Assembly (NCBI GenBank): GCA_037381445.1
Contig: JARRQT010000018.1
Span: 1-26,570 of the forward strand
Source of the DNA: Calditrichia bacterium
Lineage (GTDB): Bacteria; Calditrichota; Calditrichia; RBG-13-44-9
DNA length: 26,570 nucleotides
Reading direction: 5' to 3'
Translations under genes and position numbers: made by a program
The notes under the pieces: generated by a model
The model's input: the letters and a program-made list of their open reading frames with translations, nothing else
The model's database searches: none
What the model was told of the DNA's origin: nothing
In this document: one piece after another, positions 1-8,858 of the stretch
Layout: each line of letters begins with the position of its first letter
Position numbering within the stretch: position 1 is the first letter of the stretch

Positions 1-65
1 CTTTCCAAAATGTTCTTAATCCGTAAAGCGAGAGACTCTTCGTCTTCGACAACTAAAATTCTCAT
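1..65 (-). CDS. Response regulator, N-terminal receiver domain (partial, runs off window; probably OmpR/PhoB family)
   Basis: Not in the ORF track. The reverse complement from ATG at 65 reads MRILVVEDEESLALRIKNILE, the typical receiver-domain start (ILVVEDE). It lies downstream of degP on the same strand. Confidence 0.85.
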   Translation of the reverse strand, partial: MRILVVEDEESLALRIKNILE

Positions 66-377
66 TCTTGTGATCCCGTATTTTCATTATGTATGCCGCT
101 GCAAAATTTGTAAATGTTCATCCCTGATAAGTCCCTTTTCCCTGGTGCGCCGAATCGAACGCTACAAAATTTATTATTTCGCTGAGAATAGTATTGTGAT
201 GATGGCGGATAAATCAACAAGTTTTTAAAATACGTCGAAATTTTCAAGCAGCACATTTTCACTGAATGGGTGCCCCTCTAATCAACATACCCGATTTGAT
301 CGCCTAAATCACGCCCTAAAATAAAATTTCGCTAATTGTAATCCGAAGACTGCAGCATGAAATTACCATCGGCTATT

Positions 378-411
378 AAAAAGCGGGAGCATGCACTTCG
401 CATACTCCCGC
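378..411 (-). terminator. Rho-independent terminator of degP
   Basis: On the minus strand GCGGGAGTATGC-gaagt-GCATGCTCCCGC is followed by TTTTT, 15 nt after the degP stop. Confidence 0.8.
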
Positions 412-426
412 CTGGTAAATTGCGTG

Positions 427-1944
427 TTATTTTCCGGGCATTGTAAAGGCCGCAAAATAATTTCCTTCTCCGCGCCGCATGTAGAACAGGAGATTCTCTC
501 CCGGTTTCACACTCTTAATAATCTTGTTAAAAGCTGTTACCGAAGTCACTGGTTCACGATTCAGTTTCAACACCACATCGCCCGGCTGCATACCAACCTG
601 TGCAGCGAGGCCGTTGGGATCTACTGCTGTAATTACAACGCCGCTTTCGTTAGGCTGTAGTTTGTACTGCTGAATGAGGTCAGGAGTAATATTAGCCACT
701 TCAAGTCCGATGCTGGAATAACTGGTCTGATTTTCCTGGGATTTCTGCTCTGCCGAACTCAGTTCACCTATTTTGACCTTGATGGTCATCGGCTTATCGT
801 TACGAATGATTCCAATATTCACTTCCGTTCCGGGTGAAGTAGTGGAGACCCATGTGCTTAATTCGCCTGCCGTATTAACCTGTCTGTCGTCATACTTAAC
901 AATCACATCTTCAGCTTTCAGTCCAGCCTTCTCTGCGGGGCTATTGGACTGTACTTTGCTCACAATGACCCCCTGTGCCGTATTCAGTTTCAGTGCCTTT
1001 GCAATCTCCGGAGTAATATTCTGGATGTAAACTCCCAGCCAGCCGCGTATCACTTTTCCTTTGGTGATAATGTCATTCATAATCACCTTAGCCAAATCCA
1101 CAGGAATTGCAAATCCGATACCCTGAAATCCGCCCGTTTGAGTCGCAATCGCCGAATTGATACCGACAAGTTCACCATTCATGTTCACAAGCGCTCCGCC
1201 GGAGTTTCCGGGGTTGATAGCTGCATCCGTCTGAAGATAGTCCTCGTACTGAGATAAGCCGACGCCGGTTCTGCCCTTTGCGCTGATGATTCCGGCCGTA
1301 ACAGTATGTTCCAGTTCCGGATTCAGCGGCGATCCGATGGCCAATACCCAGTCGCCAACACGCAATTTTTCCGAACTTCCAAAGTTTATTGGTTTTAAAT
1401 TTTTTGCTTCTATGGTGATGACCGCCAAATCCGTCAGCGGGTCTGTTCCTTTGACTTTTGCGTTAAATTCGCGGCCATCCATTAACTGCACCTGGATATT
1501 GTCTGCACCTTCAACGACATGATTATTGGTTAGAATCACTCCATTGGCATCCACAATAACGCCGGAGCCAAGGCCCATTCTGGTCAGATTCCCCTGATGT
1601 TCGGGAATCTGGAAAAATTTCCTGAAAAATTCGTCGCCTCCAAATGGGGAACCTTGCTGTGCTTTTACCTTTGTTTCAGTAAAAACTGTTACCACGGACG
1701 GATTGGCCTGCTCCGCCACGGAAGCGAATACATCACTGAGTTGCTGGGCAACGTTCGATCCGCCCTGATTTGTCTGAGGGGGAACCGCCTCTGAAGTACT
1801 CGCCTTCACTTCCAACGGATTTGCCTGAGTCGTGTGCGTCCATTCAAGCCCGGCGGTAATCAATACCCCCATAATTATCCCTGCCAGAACAAATACCCAA
1901 AAGCGCTGTTGTCTCGGCTTTTCATTCATAATTTTTTCCTCCAC
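427..1944 (-). CDS. degP: Do/DegP/DegQ (HtrA) family serine protease with two PDZ domains
   Basis: N-terminal hydrophobic anchor; catalytic motifs LTNNHVV, TDLAVI and TDAAINPGNSGG; PDZ domains RGWLGV...SPAEKAGLKAEDVI and GLEV...GMQPGDVVL. The start could be a few codons later (MNEK). Confidence 0.95.
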   Translation of the reverse strand: MEEKIMNEKPRQQRFWVFVLAGIIMGVLITAGLEWTHTTQANPLEVKASTSEAVPPQTNQGGSNVAQQLSDVFASVAEQANPSVVTVFTETKVKAQQGSPFGGDEFFRKFFQIPEHQGNLTRMGLGSGVIVDANGVILTNNHVVEGADNIQVQLMDGREFNAKVKGTDPLTDLAVITIEAKNLKPINFGSSEKLRVGDWVLAIGSPLNPELEHTVTAGIISAKGRTGVGLSQYEDYLQTDAAINPGNSGGALVNMNGELVGINSAIATQTGGFQGIGFAIPVDLAKVIMNDIITKGKVIRGWLGVYIQNITPEIAKALKLNTAQGVIVSKVQSNSPAEKAGLKAEDVIVKYDDRQVNTAGELSTWVSTTSPGTEVNIGIIRNDKPMTIKVKIGELSSAEQKSQENQTSYSSIGLEVANITPDLIQQYKLQPNESGVVITAVDPNGLAAQVGMQPGDVVLKLNREPVTSVTAFNKIIKSVKPGENLLFYMRRGEGNYFAAFTMPGK

Positions 1945-2036
1945 GATTGTTTAAATGAGTTTATTATTAAATTATTTTCGTGTTTCAATAACAATTTTCT
2001 TGGTATATGCCACTCCCCTCCCGAAGTGACTGTTTA

Positions 2037-2070
2037 ATTTTATTATCCATAAATGAAGAAAATATGAAGA
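2037..2070 (-). promoter_or_regulatory. Putative response-regulator box plus -10 element of the degP promoter
   Basis: Minus strand reads TCTTCAT-ATTT-TCTTCAT (11-bp period, 2070-2053), followed 10 nt later by TAAAAT (2042-2037). Confidence 0.5.
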
Positions 2071-2251
2071 TTTCGAAATGTTCAATAAAATGAGCCGGAT
2101 GAGGGGCCGGCTATTTTTGTATGCAATAATTTTTCTTGGAATTTTCCCTGCAAAGAGTAGTGGAATTCAGGGGCCGGCTTGCTCTTCCAACCGGCAATTT
2201 AATTCCTTGGAATAAAATTCTGTTTGGACAATTGGAAGAATCTGTTTTACA

Positions 2252-3244
2252 TTGAAAAAAACCTTGAGGAATCTGCTGATGAGCTCTTTTGTCCGAAATG
2301 CGTCGCTAATTTCACGAAGTCTGGGAAATTATGTCACCACCCGCCCCTTATGCGTGTCTTTTGAAATTACTTATCGATGTAACGCCAAGTGCAAGCACTG
2401 TCATCTTCACAATGTTCAGGATAAAGAACTGGCTACCCCACAGCGTTACGGTGAACTGGCCCGGGAAATTAAACCGGTGGTAGCGCAGGTTTCAGGCGGT
2501 GAACCGTTGCTGAGGAAAGATCTGGTTGATATTTTGAAGGCAATCCGACGCACGAACAAAGCTCCTTATATCGTACTGACCACCAATGGCGCCTTGCTTT
2601 CCAAAAAGAAATATATGGAACTGCGCGAAGCAGGCGTCGATGAATTCTCTTTATCGCTGGATTATCCAGATGATCGCCATGACGATTTCCGCGGTGTGCC
2701 GGGGCTCTTTGGAAAAATCGAAAAATTGATGAGCGAACTCAATTCAGGGATGCAAAAAGCTATAACAGTCAGTTGCGTGATCCAGCATGACAATTATCAG
2801 GATTTGATCGGTATTGCAGAGCAGGCGCGGAAGTGGGGAATTAATGCCAATTTCAGCACCTACACCTGGCTTCGCACACAGAACAAGGAGTATGTGATTC
2901 CAAAAGAGGAAATTCCGGAATTCAAAAAAGTGGTTGAAAAGCTGATCGAATATAAACAGACATACAAGAATATTCGCACATCCGATTATGTTTTGAGAAA
3001 CATCCCAAATTTCTTTGAAAACGAGAAAATGCAAAATTGTCGTGCCGGCGAGCGCTTTTTTGTGGTGAATCCGGATGGCACCCTTTCTCCATGCGGGCTG
3101 ATCATAAAAAATTATGGTTCCTACAAGGAACTTCAGCAGGATTTCCAGAAACACAACCGCTGCGATTCCTGCTATACCAGCATCCGGGCTAATACGGAAA
3201 AACCAATAAAATATATGCTCATCGACAGTCTTCGTTCTCTTTGA
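2252..3244 (+). CDS. Radical SAM protein with C-terminal SPASM/twitch-like Cys cluster
   Basis: CxxxCxxC motif (CNAKCKHC), SGGEPLLR, TTNG, SLD...HDDFRG; C-terminal CRAG...NPDGTLSPC...CDSC. Start codon uncertain (TTG 2252 or ATG 2279). Confidence 0.9.
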   Translation: MKKTLRNLLMSSFVRNASLISRSLGNYVTTRPLCVSFEITYRCNAKCKHCHLHNVQDKELATPQRYGELAREIKPVVAQVSGGEPLLRKDLVDILKAIRRTNKAPYIVLTTNGALLSKKKYMELREAGVDEFSLSLDYPDDRHDDFRGVPGLFGKIEKLMSELNSGMQKAITVSCVIQHDNYQDLIGIAEQARKWGINANFSTYTWLRTQNKEYVIPKEEIPEFKKVVEKLIEYKQTYKNIRTSDYVLRNIPNFFENEKMQNCRAGERFFVVNPDGTLSPCGLIIKNYGSYKELQQDFQKHNRCDSCYTSIRANTEKPIKYMLIDSLRSL

Positions 3245-3405
3245 TTTTTGTTTTACTTTGCGGAGAGGTCGATTTCTCGGGTGACAAAAAGATAGATCCA
3301 TAGGGCAAATGGGGGTTCTCCGCGCTTTGAACCCCGGGAAACTTTTTCCATATCCTGCATTAAAAATATGTTCTTTTAGAAATCTGAAAATCAGGATTAG
3401 GGCCG

Positions 3406-4149
3406 GTGACCATGAAAAATTTTGAAGAGATTCCTGCTCCTGCTTCAGCCAGGCACGGAAATTTCACTTTAAAAACCGTAGTAATTATCGCAGAACTGCT
3501 TTTTGTGTTTCTGCTGTTGGGACTGTGGTTATCGATCCCGGCCATTCGTGACAGCAGAAATTTGTGGATACTGTTTCTGTACAGTTTTCCTTCCCAGTTC
3601 CTTATGGCGGTTGTCCCTCACGAACCGGTCTATTTTTATTTCAGCAAATTTTATTCGCCGCTGACAGTGACATTTGTGGCGGTGGCCGGAACCGTGCTGA
3701 CGGAATATATCAACTATTCCGTTTTTCAGTATTTCATGGATTTTAAGGTGCTGCAAAAGGTGAAGGACAATAAATATGTTCAGAAACTGATCCGCCTTTT
3801 TAAGAAAGCCCCTTTTCTAGCTTTGTGGATCGCCGGAGTGACGCCGATTCCTTTTTATCCGTTCCGCTTTATTGTGGTAGTCGCGGAGTATCCTCTCCTG
3901 AAATATCTTGCCGCGGTGCTGTTCGCACGATCCGTACGGTTTTATCTTTTTGCACTTTTTGGACGGGCCCTCAATATCCCGGATAATCTCCTCATTTTAT
4001 TTTTTGCCGTGCTGATTCTGGTAGCCCTCCTGCAGATGCTGCAAAGCGCCCGCAAATGGAAAAAGGCGGAGAAGGCCAAAAAAGAGGCAACCATTTCTGA
4101 GCCTCTGGAAGCTGAGGTCATGGAAAGAAACATTCCTCCCACCATGTAA
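3406..4149 (+). CDS. DedA/VTT (SNARE-associated) family membrane protein
   Basis: Several hydrophobic segments; VVPHEP, AVAGTVL..YINY, TPIPFYPFR and LFARSVRF motifs resemble DedA/YqaA proteins. Confidence 0.75.
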   Translation: MTMKNFEEIPAPASARHGNFTLKTVVIIAELLFVFLLLGLWLSIPAIRDSRNLWILFLYSFPSQFLMAVVPHEPVYFYFSKFYSPLTVTFVAVAGTVLTEYINYSVFQYFMDFKVLQKVKDNKYVQKLIRLFKKAPFLALWIAGVTPIPFYPFRFIVVVAEYPLLKYLAAVLFARSVRFYLFALFGRALNIPDNLLILFFAVLILVALLQMLQSARKWKKAEKAKKEATISEPLEAEVMERNIPPTM

Positions 4150-4230
4150 ATATTAATAAAGCTCTAACTGACATTACTGTTATAAGATCGCCGGCGGACA
4201 GGATCCCTATCTTTTGACGGGCAGCTTTCA

Positions 4231-4377
4231 TTAAATCTCTGCAGACAGGGCAGTATCCGTTGATCCTTGGCCCGGATCTTTCCCTGCTTCAAAAAGGTCA
4301 TTCAGATGCTCTGCAGAAAGGGGCTCCAGACGGACCTGAGTACCGGCGAGGATAACGGGTTTGGGATCGAAATGCAA
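4231..4377 (-). pseudogene. Truncated RimJ/RimL-type GNAT acetyltransferase (N-terminal stump, 48 aa)
   Basis: Below the ORF-track size cutoff. RBS-like GAGAGG, then TTG start, reading MHFDPKPVILAGTQVRLEPLSAEHLNDLFEAGKDP, which matches the 'PV.L.G..VRLEPL...H..DL..A..DP' start of Acetyltransf_3 proteins. Thirteen unrelated codons and TAA follow. Confidence 0.7.
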
Positions 4378-4456
4378 TTATTGAATTGTCCTCTCTGAAT
4401 TCAGATGAATAAAACTTCTTTTCTGCGGTATTATAATAATAAAAAATCTGTTTGCA

Positions 4457-5443
4457 TTATCGTCTCTGGATGGTCATCAAGGTCAGATCATCACTGGGAG
4501 GTGCCTTTTTCATAAAGGTATTATAGTCGCTCAGAAATGTCTGAATAAGTTCATCCGAGTTCATGCGTGAATGCCGGGCAGCCAGTTCCAGAATTCTCTC
4601 CAGGCCAAATTCCTCCTTGTTGTTCCACGCCTCGGATAATCCGTCGGTATATAAAACCAGTTTATCGCCCGGATTTAATTTCGCCTTCTGGATTGTATAA
4701 TCGCTGTTGCAGAAAAGGCCGATGGGAATTCCGGTGGATTTCATTTCCACCACTTCATTTTCCCTGATATGAAGAACCGGCAAGTGCCCGGCATTGCAGA
4801 TTTCGATTTCGCCGGATTGTCTGATTTTCCCGCATACCAGAGTCGCATAATGGGTCGCCAAAGTGCTTTCGCAGAAAATCCTGTTGGCCCGGTCCACGAG
4901 CTGGCTGACCGACAAATCAAATGCCGCCAGGCTGTGAATGACGGCGTGAAGATGGGACATCAGCATGGATGCTGCTACACCCTTCCCGGAAACGTCACCG
5001 AGCACAAAGAGAATATCGCCATTCTGTTTATTAATTTCTACCAGATCACAGTAATCGCCGCTTACGGGACCAGCAGGCTGGTAGTAGTAGCTGACTTCCC
5101 AGTTTCCCAGAATCATTTTATTTTTTGGAAGCAGCGCCTTTTGAATCTGGGAAGCCAGATCTAGGTCCTGTTCCAGCGCCCGCTGCTGGTCGGTCGTTAA
5201 GTGGTCAATACAAAGCCGGGTCAGCGGATCGGTGATGAGCCGTTCGGGTTCGATGGGTTCATGACACGCCTCACAGATGCCGAAAACACCCTTTTCCATT
5301 CTTTCCAGTGCCGCATCCACCTCCTGCAAAAGACCAAGCAGGCGATGGTTTTCCGGGATGTCCGAAATGGCATTCTCCAGACGTTTTCGTCTCTCCAGCA
5401 GCTGGGATTGTATGGCGCTTTGATCAAAATTCAGGTTTTTCAT
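4457..5443 (-). CDS. PP2C/SpoIIE (RsbU-like) phosphatase with N-terminal DksA/TraR-type zinc finger
   Basis: N-terminus ALERMEKGVFGICEACHEPIEPERL..P..RLCIDH. PP2C motifs ASQIQKALLP, VSGDYCD, GDVSGKGVAAS, NAGHLP, LYTDGLSE and DDLT. Confidence 0.92.
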   Translation of the reverse strand: MKNLNFDQSAIQSQLLERRKRLENAISDIPENHRLLGLLQEVDAALERMEKGVFGICEACHEPIEPERLITDPLTRLCIDHLTTDQQRALEQDLDLASQIQKALLPKNKMILGNWEVSYYYQPAGPVSGDYCDLVEINKQNGDILFVLGDVSGKGVAASMLMSHLHAVIHSLAAFDLSVSQLVDRANRIFCESTLATHYATLVCGKIRQSGEIEICNAGHLPVLHIRENEVVEMKSTGIPIGLFCNSDYTIQKAKLNPGDKLVLYTDGLSEAWNNKEEFGLERILELAARHSRMNSDELIQTFLSDYNTFMKKAPPSDDLTLMTIQRR

Positions 5444-5638
5444 AGCTTATGCCTTCTGTATTATTGAAAAACGATTAATATAACTTAGCAGGGGAAATTG
5501 CCTTTCCGGTTTTAAACCGATTTATCGCTGATTCCGCTGCACCACGAAAAGCATTATTCGGTTTCCCCGTCAGAATTATACTCTGTCAGTTCAAAATGTT
5601 TTCTGCGTTTTGAATCTTTACCGCCTGATGCACTTCTT

Positions 5639-6223
5639 TTATGAAAGCTCGTATCGCATAATGGGCCGCGTCTTCGACCGGTGAGCGACCTCTGAAAATC
5701 CGGCCTTTTTAAATGCATTCGCCAATCCGGTATAAACAAAAACATCCGGGGAACGTTCATTTTCGGGATCAACCGGATAGCCTTCAAGTATGGCGCCGCC
5801 ATTTCTGCGCACATATTCTTTGGCGCCTTCCAGCAGCCGAACGGTTATGCCTTTTCCCCGGTAATGCTTGTCCACAAAAAAACAAACGACAGACCACACC
5901 GCTTTGTCATCAACGGGCTTTAGAATCCTGGAGCGTTCCAGCGCCAGAAATTCTTCGCGGGGAGCAACGGAAATCCACCCCACTGGTTCTGATGTGTCAT
6001 ATGCCAGCAGACCGGGAACCCGCCCGGACTCTACCAGTTTCCGCATTGCCTCTTTATTCCCCTCACCTTTCTGCTGATTGAACTCCGATCTTTTCAGGCG
6101 CCACCACATGCACCAGCAGCCTCCGCAGGCGCCCCGTTCCCCGAATAATTTTTCGAAATCGTGCCAGCGGGAATACGTCAGAGGTTCAATGCGAAACCGG
6201 CCTTTTTCTTCTATGCTTTTCAT
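5639..6223 (-). CDS. GNAT family N-acetyltransferase (CGGCWC subtype)
   Basis: FGERGACGGCWCMWWR, PVGW...APRE, WSVVCFFV..YRGKG and EGYP motifs. Start moved to ATG 6223, which follows a GGAG RBS. Confidence 0.9.
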   Translation of the reverse strand: MKSIEEKGRFRIEPLTYSRWHDFEKLFGERGACGGCWCMWWRLKRSEFNQQKGEGNKEAMRKLVESGRVPGLLAYDTSEPVGWISVAPREEFLALERSRILKPVDDKAVWSVVCFFVDKHYRGKGITVRLLEGAKEYVRRNGGAILEGYPVDPENERSPDVFVYTGLANAFKKAGFSEVAHRSKTRPIMRYELS

Positions 6224-6478
6224 GAATGGTTCTCCGCGGCTTTTAAAAAACAGGTGTTCTGAAAACGCTTCAATTATTTGAAAATTACGTTTATATTTCC
6301 GGCCAGGCAGCATTATGTTTTATCGGGTCATGAGCCAAATCCAATGGATAGAATTTACGACAAAAATCAGTAAGGGTTACTGAATTTGTTTGCCTGAATG
6401 AAAATAAAATCAGAAGATCAATTCAATGGATAGAATGGTGGCAAATCATCTTCGTGGCTAATAAAATGCGGGGGGGAA

Positions 6479-7285
6479 TTAACGGAAAAATGTGAAAACC
6501 CCGGCAATGATCATCGCGATAAAGATGTATTGCTTCACTTTTCGGTCCGGAATCACCTTGAAAATGCTGGTCCCGAAATAGGCGCCAATCATCATTCCTC
6601 CGGCCACGGTCATAGCCAGGGGATAGTAGATATGTCCCAGAAACGCGTGGGTGATTGTTCCGAAAGTGGCTGTAATAAAAATCATAAAAAGGGCGGTCGC
6701 CACGGCAATTTTGGGAGCCAGCATAACGCCCACAATCAGCACCGGGGTCTTTAAAAATCCGCCCCCGATTCCCAGCAGACCGCTGAATATTCCGGCGGCA
6801 AATCCAATAATCATCAGAGCCGGTACACTCAATCTTTTTACGCCGGAAGAGGAGGTACAATCAATCCTGGGCGGGATATGATTCAGTTTCTTAAAAATTC
6901 TCGCTACATAATTGTATGGCGAATCATTGGGGATTTGCAGGGTGAGCATCAGATAAAGTACTACCGAAATAAAGAGAATCTTCAGGGCGATGTCGGGTAG
7001 AATGGTTGAAAACTGGGCGCCGCTGAATACACCGATTACCGATCCGCTTTCCATGATCAGACCGATTTTAAAATTCACATACCCCTGCTTCAGATTTCGG
7101 GCAGTCGCAACGATGGTATAGGGGACCATGGCGAAAAGCATGGTTCCAGCCACGTATTTGACCGGCAGACCAAAAATAAGAATAATGAAGGGTATCATTA
7201 AGATGCCGCCGCCCAGGCCAACCAGAGCGCTGACGGTGGATGCCGCAATGGCGATCAGAAAAATCCAAAGGTAGCTCAATAACAC
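6479..7285 (-). CDS. Sulfite exporter TauE/SafE family permease
   Basis: Duplicated motifs ALVGLGGG..MIP and GLLGIGGG..TP, plus AVATALF; about 8 hydrophobic helices; GTG start. Confidence 0.9.
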   Translation of the reverse strand: MLLSYLWIFLIAIAASTVSALVGLGGGILMIPFIILIFGLPVKYVAGTMLFAMVPYTIVATARNLKQGYVNFKIGLIMESGSVIGVFSGAQFSTILPDIALKILFISVVLYLMLTLQIPNDSPYNYVARIFKKLNHIPPRIDCTSSSGVKRLSVPALMIIGFAAGIFSGLLGIGGGFLKTPVLIVGVMLAPKIAVATALFMIFITATFGTITHAFLGHIYYPLAMTVAGGMMIGAYFGTSIFKVIPDRKVKQYIFIAMIIAGVFTFFR

Positions 7286-7313
7286 GTTCCCAGTCTCAAA
7301 AATTCAATATTAT

Positions 7314-7529
7314 AACATGAGTTTGATTTAACAACTCCTACAAGCTTTATTGTCATTCCGGCAGGGATTGCCGCCACGAAGTGGTCCATCCAGGGGAATC
7401 CAGAGGTGCAAGGGAGAATAAATTGCATCCCTTTTAGAGTGGAATCCCGCCAGAGACATGCGGGAATGACCTTTGAGAATAATTTTTAGCATGATCAATA
7501 CAGGCCTTAAATTATGTCGAACTCAAGTT
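7314..7529. mobile_element. MITE-like non-autonomous element with imperfect terminal inverted repeats
   Basis: Left end AACATGAGTTTGATTTAA (7314-7331) versus the reverse complement of the right end, AACTTGAGTTCGACATAA (7512-7529): 14/18 identical. No coding capacity inside. Confidence 0.55.
7351..7470. repeat. REP-like palindromic dyad (GTCATTCC...GGAATCCA / TGGA.TCCCGC...GCGGGAATGAC)
   Basis: TGTCATTCCGGCAGG...GGAATCCAG (7351-7403) and TGGAATCCCGC-CAGAGACAT-GCGGGAATGAC (7440-7470) in inverted orientation; the GTCATTCC/GGAATGAC ends pair. Confidence 0.7.
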
Positions 7530-7570
7530 GTTACAACAAATTATTCCCTTCAGCAGAAAAATAATTTTGG

Positions 7571-8752
7571 TCAGGATAACGCATTTTCCAGATCATTCTT
7601 CAAATCCCCGGCGGATTCTATCCCTACGGAGAGACGCAGCAGTCCGTCGGTGACTCCGATTTGGGCCCTTTCCTCCGGCGTTAAATAGATGTGCGAGGTG
7701 GACGCCGGATGGGAGATCAAACTGGCCACGTCACCCAGACTCACTGTAAACTGGACCAGCTCCAGCTTTTCCATCACCTTTTTGGCGGCCTCGAATCCGC
7801 CTTTTACCTCAAAGGAAAGCATGCCGCTGTATCCGTTGAAATGCCTCTGGTTGAATTCATATTGGGGATTGGCGGGTAATCCCGCGTAGTTCACCTTGTT
7901 TATTCCGGGGTGCTTTTCCATGAAACGGGCGATCTCCAGGGCGTTGGAGCAGATGCGTTCCAGCCGTACGCCAAGTGTCCTGATGCCGCGGATCAGAAGC
8001 CAGGCAACCAGCGGTGAAATGATTCCGCCGTGATATTTCAGAATCGGCTCCACTTTTTCAATCTCCGCCTTTGAACCGGTCACCACACCGCCGGTCAGAT
8101 CGGAATGCCCGCCCAGATACTTGGTGGCGCTGTGAATGACCAGATCGGCCCCGGCATCCAGGGGATAAAAGATGGGCGGGGGGGTAAAGGTATTGTCCAC
8201 CACCAGTTTGCATTTGTGCTGGTGGGCGATTACCGCCCAGCGAAAAATATCGGTGCTTACCAGCGTTGGATTGGCCAGCGGTTCGGCAAACAGGATTTTG
8301 GTATTGGGCCGGATGCTTTCGGCAAGCTGATCAATATCTGTGGGATCCACAAAAGTGGTCTCAATGCCCAGGTCCGCCATATGCTGCTGAAAAAGATGGT
8401 AGGTACCGCCGTAAATCAGCGATGAGGCCACCATATGATCTCCCGGTCTGCAATTGCCCAGTATGGCCGCTGAAATGGCCGCCAGCCCGGAGCCGAAACT
8501 CAGTGCCGCTTCCGCACCTTCCATGTCTGACAGGACGCTGTTCAGCGCATCAATAGTGGGATTACTGTAGCGGCTGTAGATATAGCCGGGTTGATCTCCC
8601 ACCAGAATGCCGGTACCGTCTTCCACATTTTCATAGAGAAAATTGCTGCTTTGAAAAATGGGCGGGGACGCGGTGCGGACTTTTGAAATATCCATCCCGC
8701 TTCCCGTATGGACCAATCGCGACTGAATGTCCCATTTGGGTGTTTCTTTCAT
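7571..8752 (-). CDS. Cys/Met metabolism PLP-dependent trans-sulfuration enzyme (methionine gamma-lyase / cystathionine gamma-synthase family)
   Basis: PPIFQSS, YIYSRYSNPT, SGLAAI, VVDNTF, HSATKYLGGHSD (PLP Lys), VSLGD and LLRLSVGIE. It has YGGT rather than the YGCT of canonical MGL. Start placed at ATG 8752 after GAAAGG. Confidence 0.92.
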   Translation of the reverse strand: MKETPKWDIQSRLVHTGSGMDISKVRTASPPIFQSSNFLYENVEDGTGILVGDQPGYIYSRYSNPTIDALNSVLSDMEGAEAALSFGSGLAAISAAILGNCRPGDHMVASSLIYGGTYHLFQQHMADLGIETTFVDPTDIDQLAESIRPNTKILFAEPLANPTLVSTDIFRWAVIAHQHKCKLVVDNTFTPPPIFYPLDAGADLVIHSATKYLGGHSDLTGGVVTGSKAEIEKVEPILKYHGGIISPLVAWLLIRGIRTLGVRLERICSNALEIARFMEKHPGINKVNYAGLPANPQYEFNQRHFNGYSGMLSFEVKGGFEAAKKVMEKLELVQFTVSLGDVASLISHPASTSHIYLTPEERAQIGVTDGLLRLSVGIESAGDLKNDLENALS

Positions 8753-8858
8753 AAATTGGCCTTTCTCGGTTATTACCACTAAAAGGGCGCGCCTCCTTGT
8801 CAGAAATTTCCATAGCGGAGGCTGGAATTTGCAGCTTGACCGGAAACCTCAAAGCGAT

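Noticed and set aside
10..262. Short ORFs 10..228 (+) and 62..262 (-)
   Set aside because: No recognisable motifs, AT-rich, and overlapping the real response-regulator start at 65.
2087..2195. Repeated AGGGGCCGGCT 11-mer and two small GCCGG hairpins between divergent genes
   Set aside because: Only two short copies with no array structure; no function can be supported.
4188..4349. Long imperfect hairpin suggesting a 6S-like ncRNA
   Set aside because: Pairing is patchy and relies partly on a palindromic TCTGCAGA; the region is better explained as a GNAT gene remnant on the minus strand.
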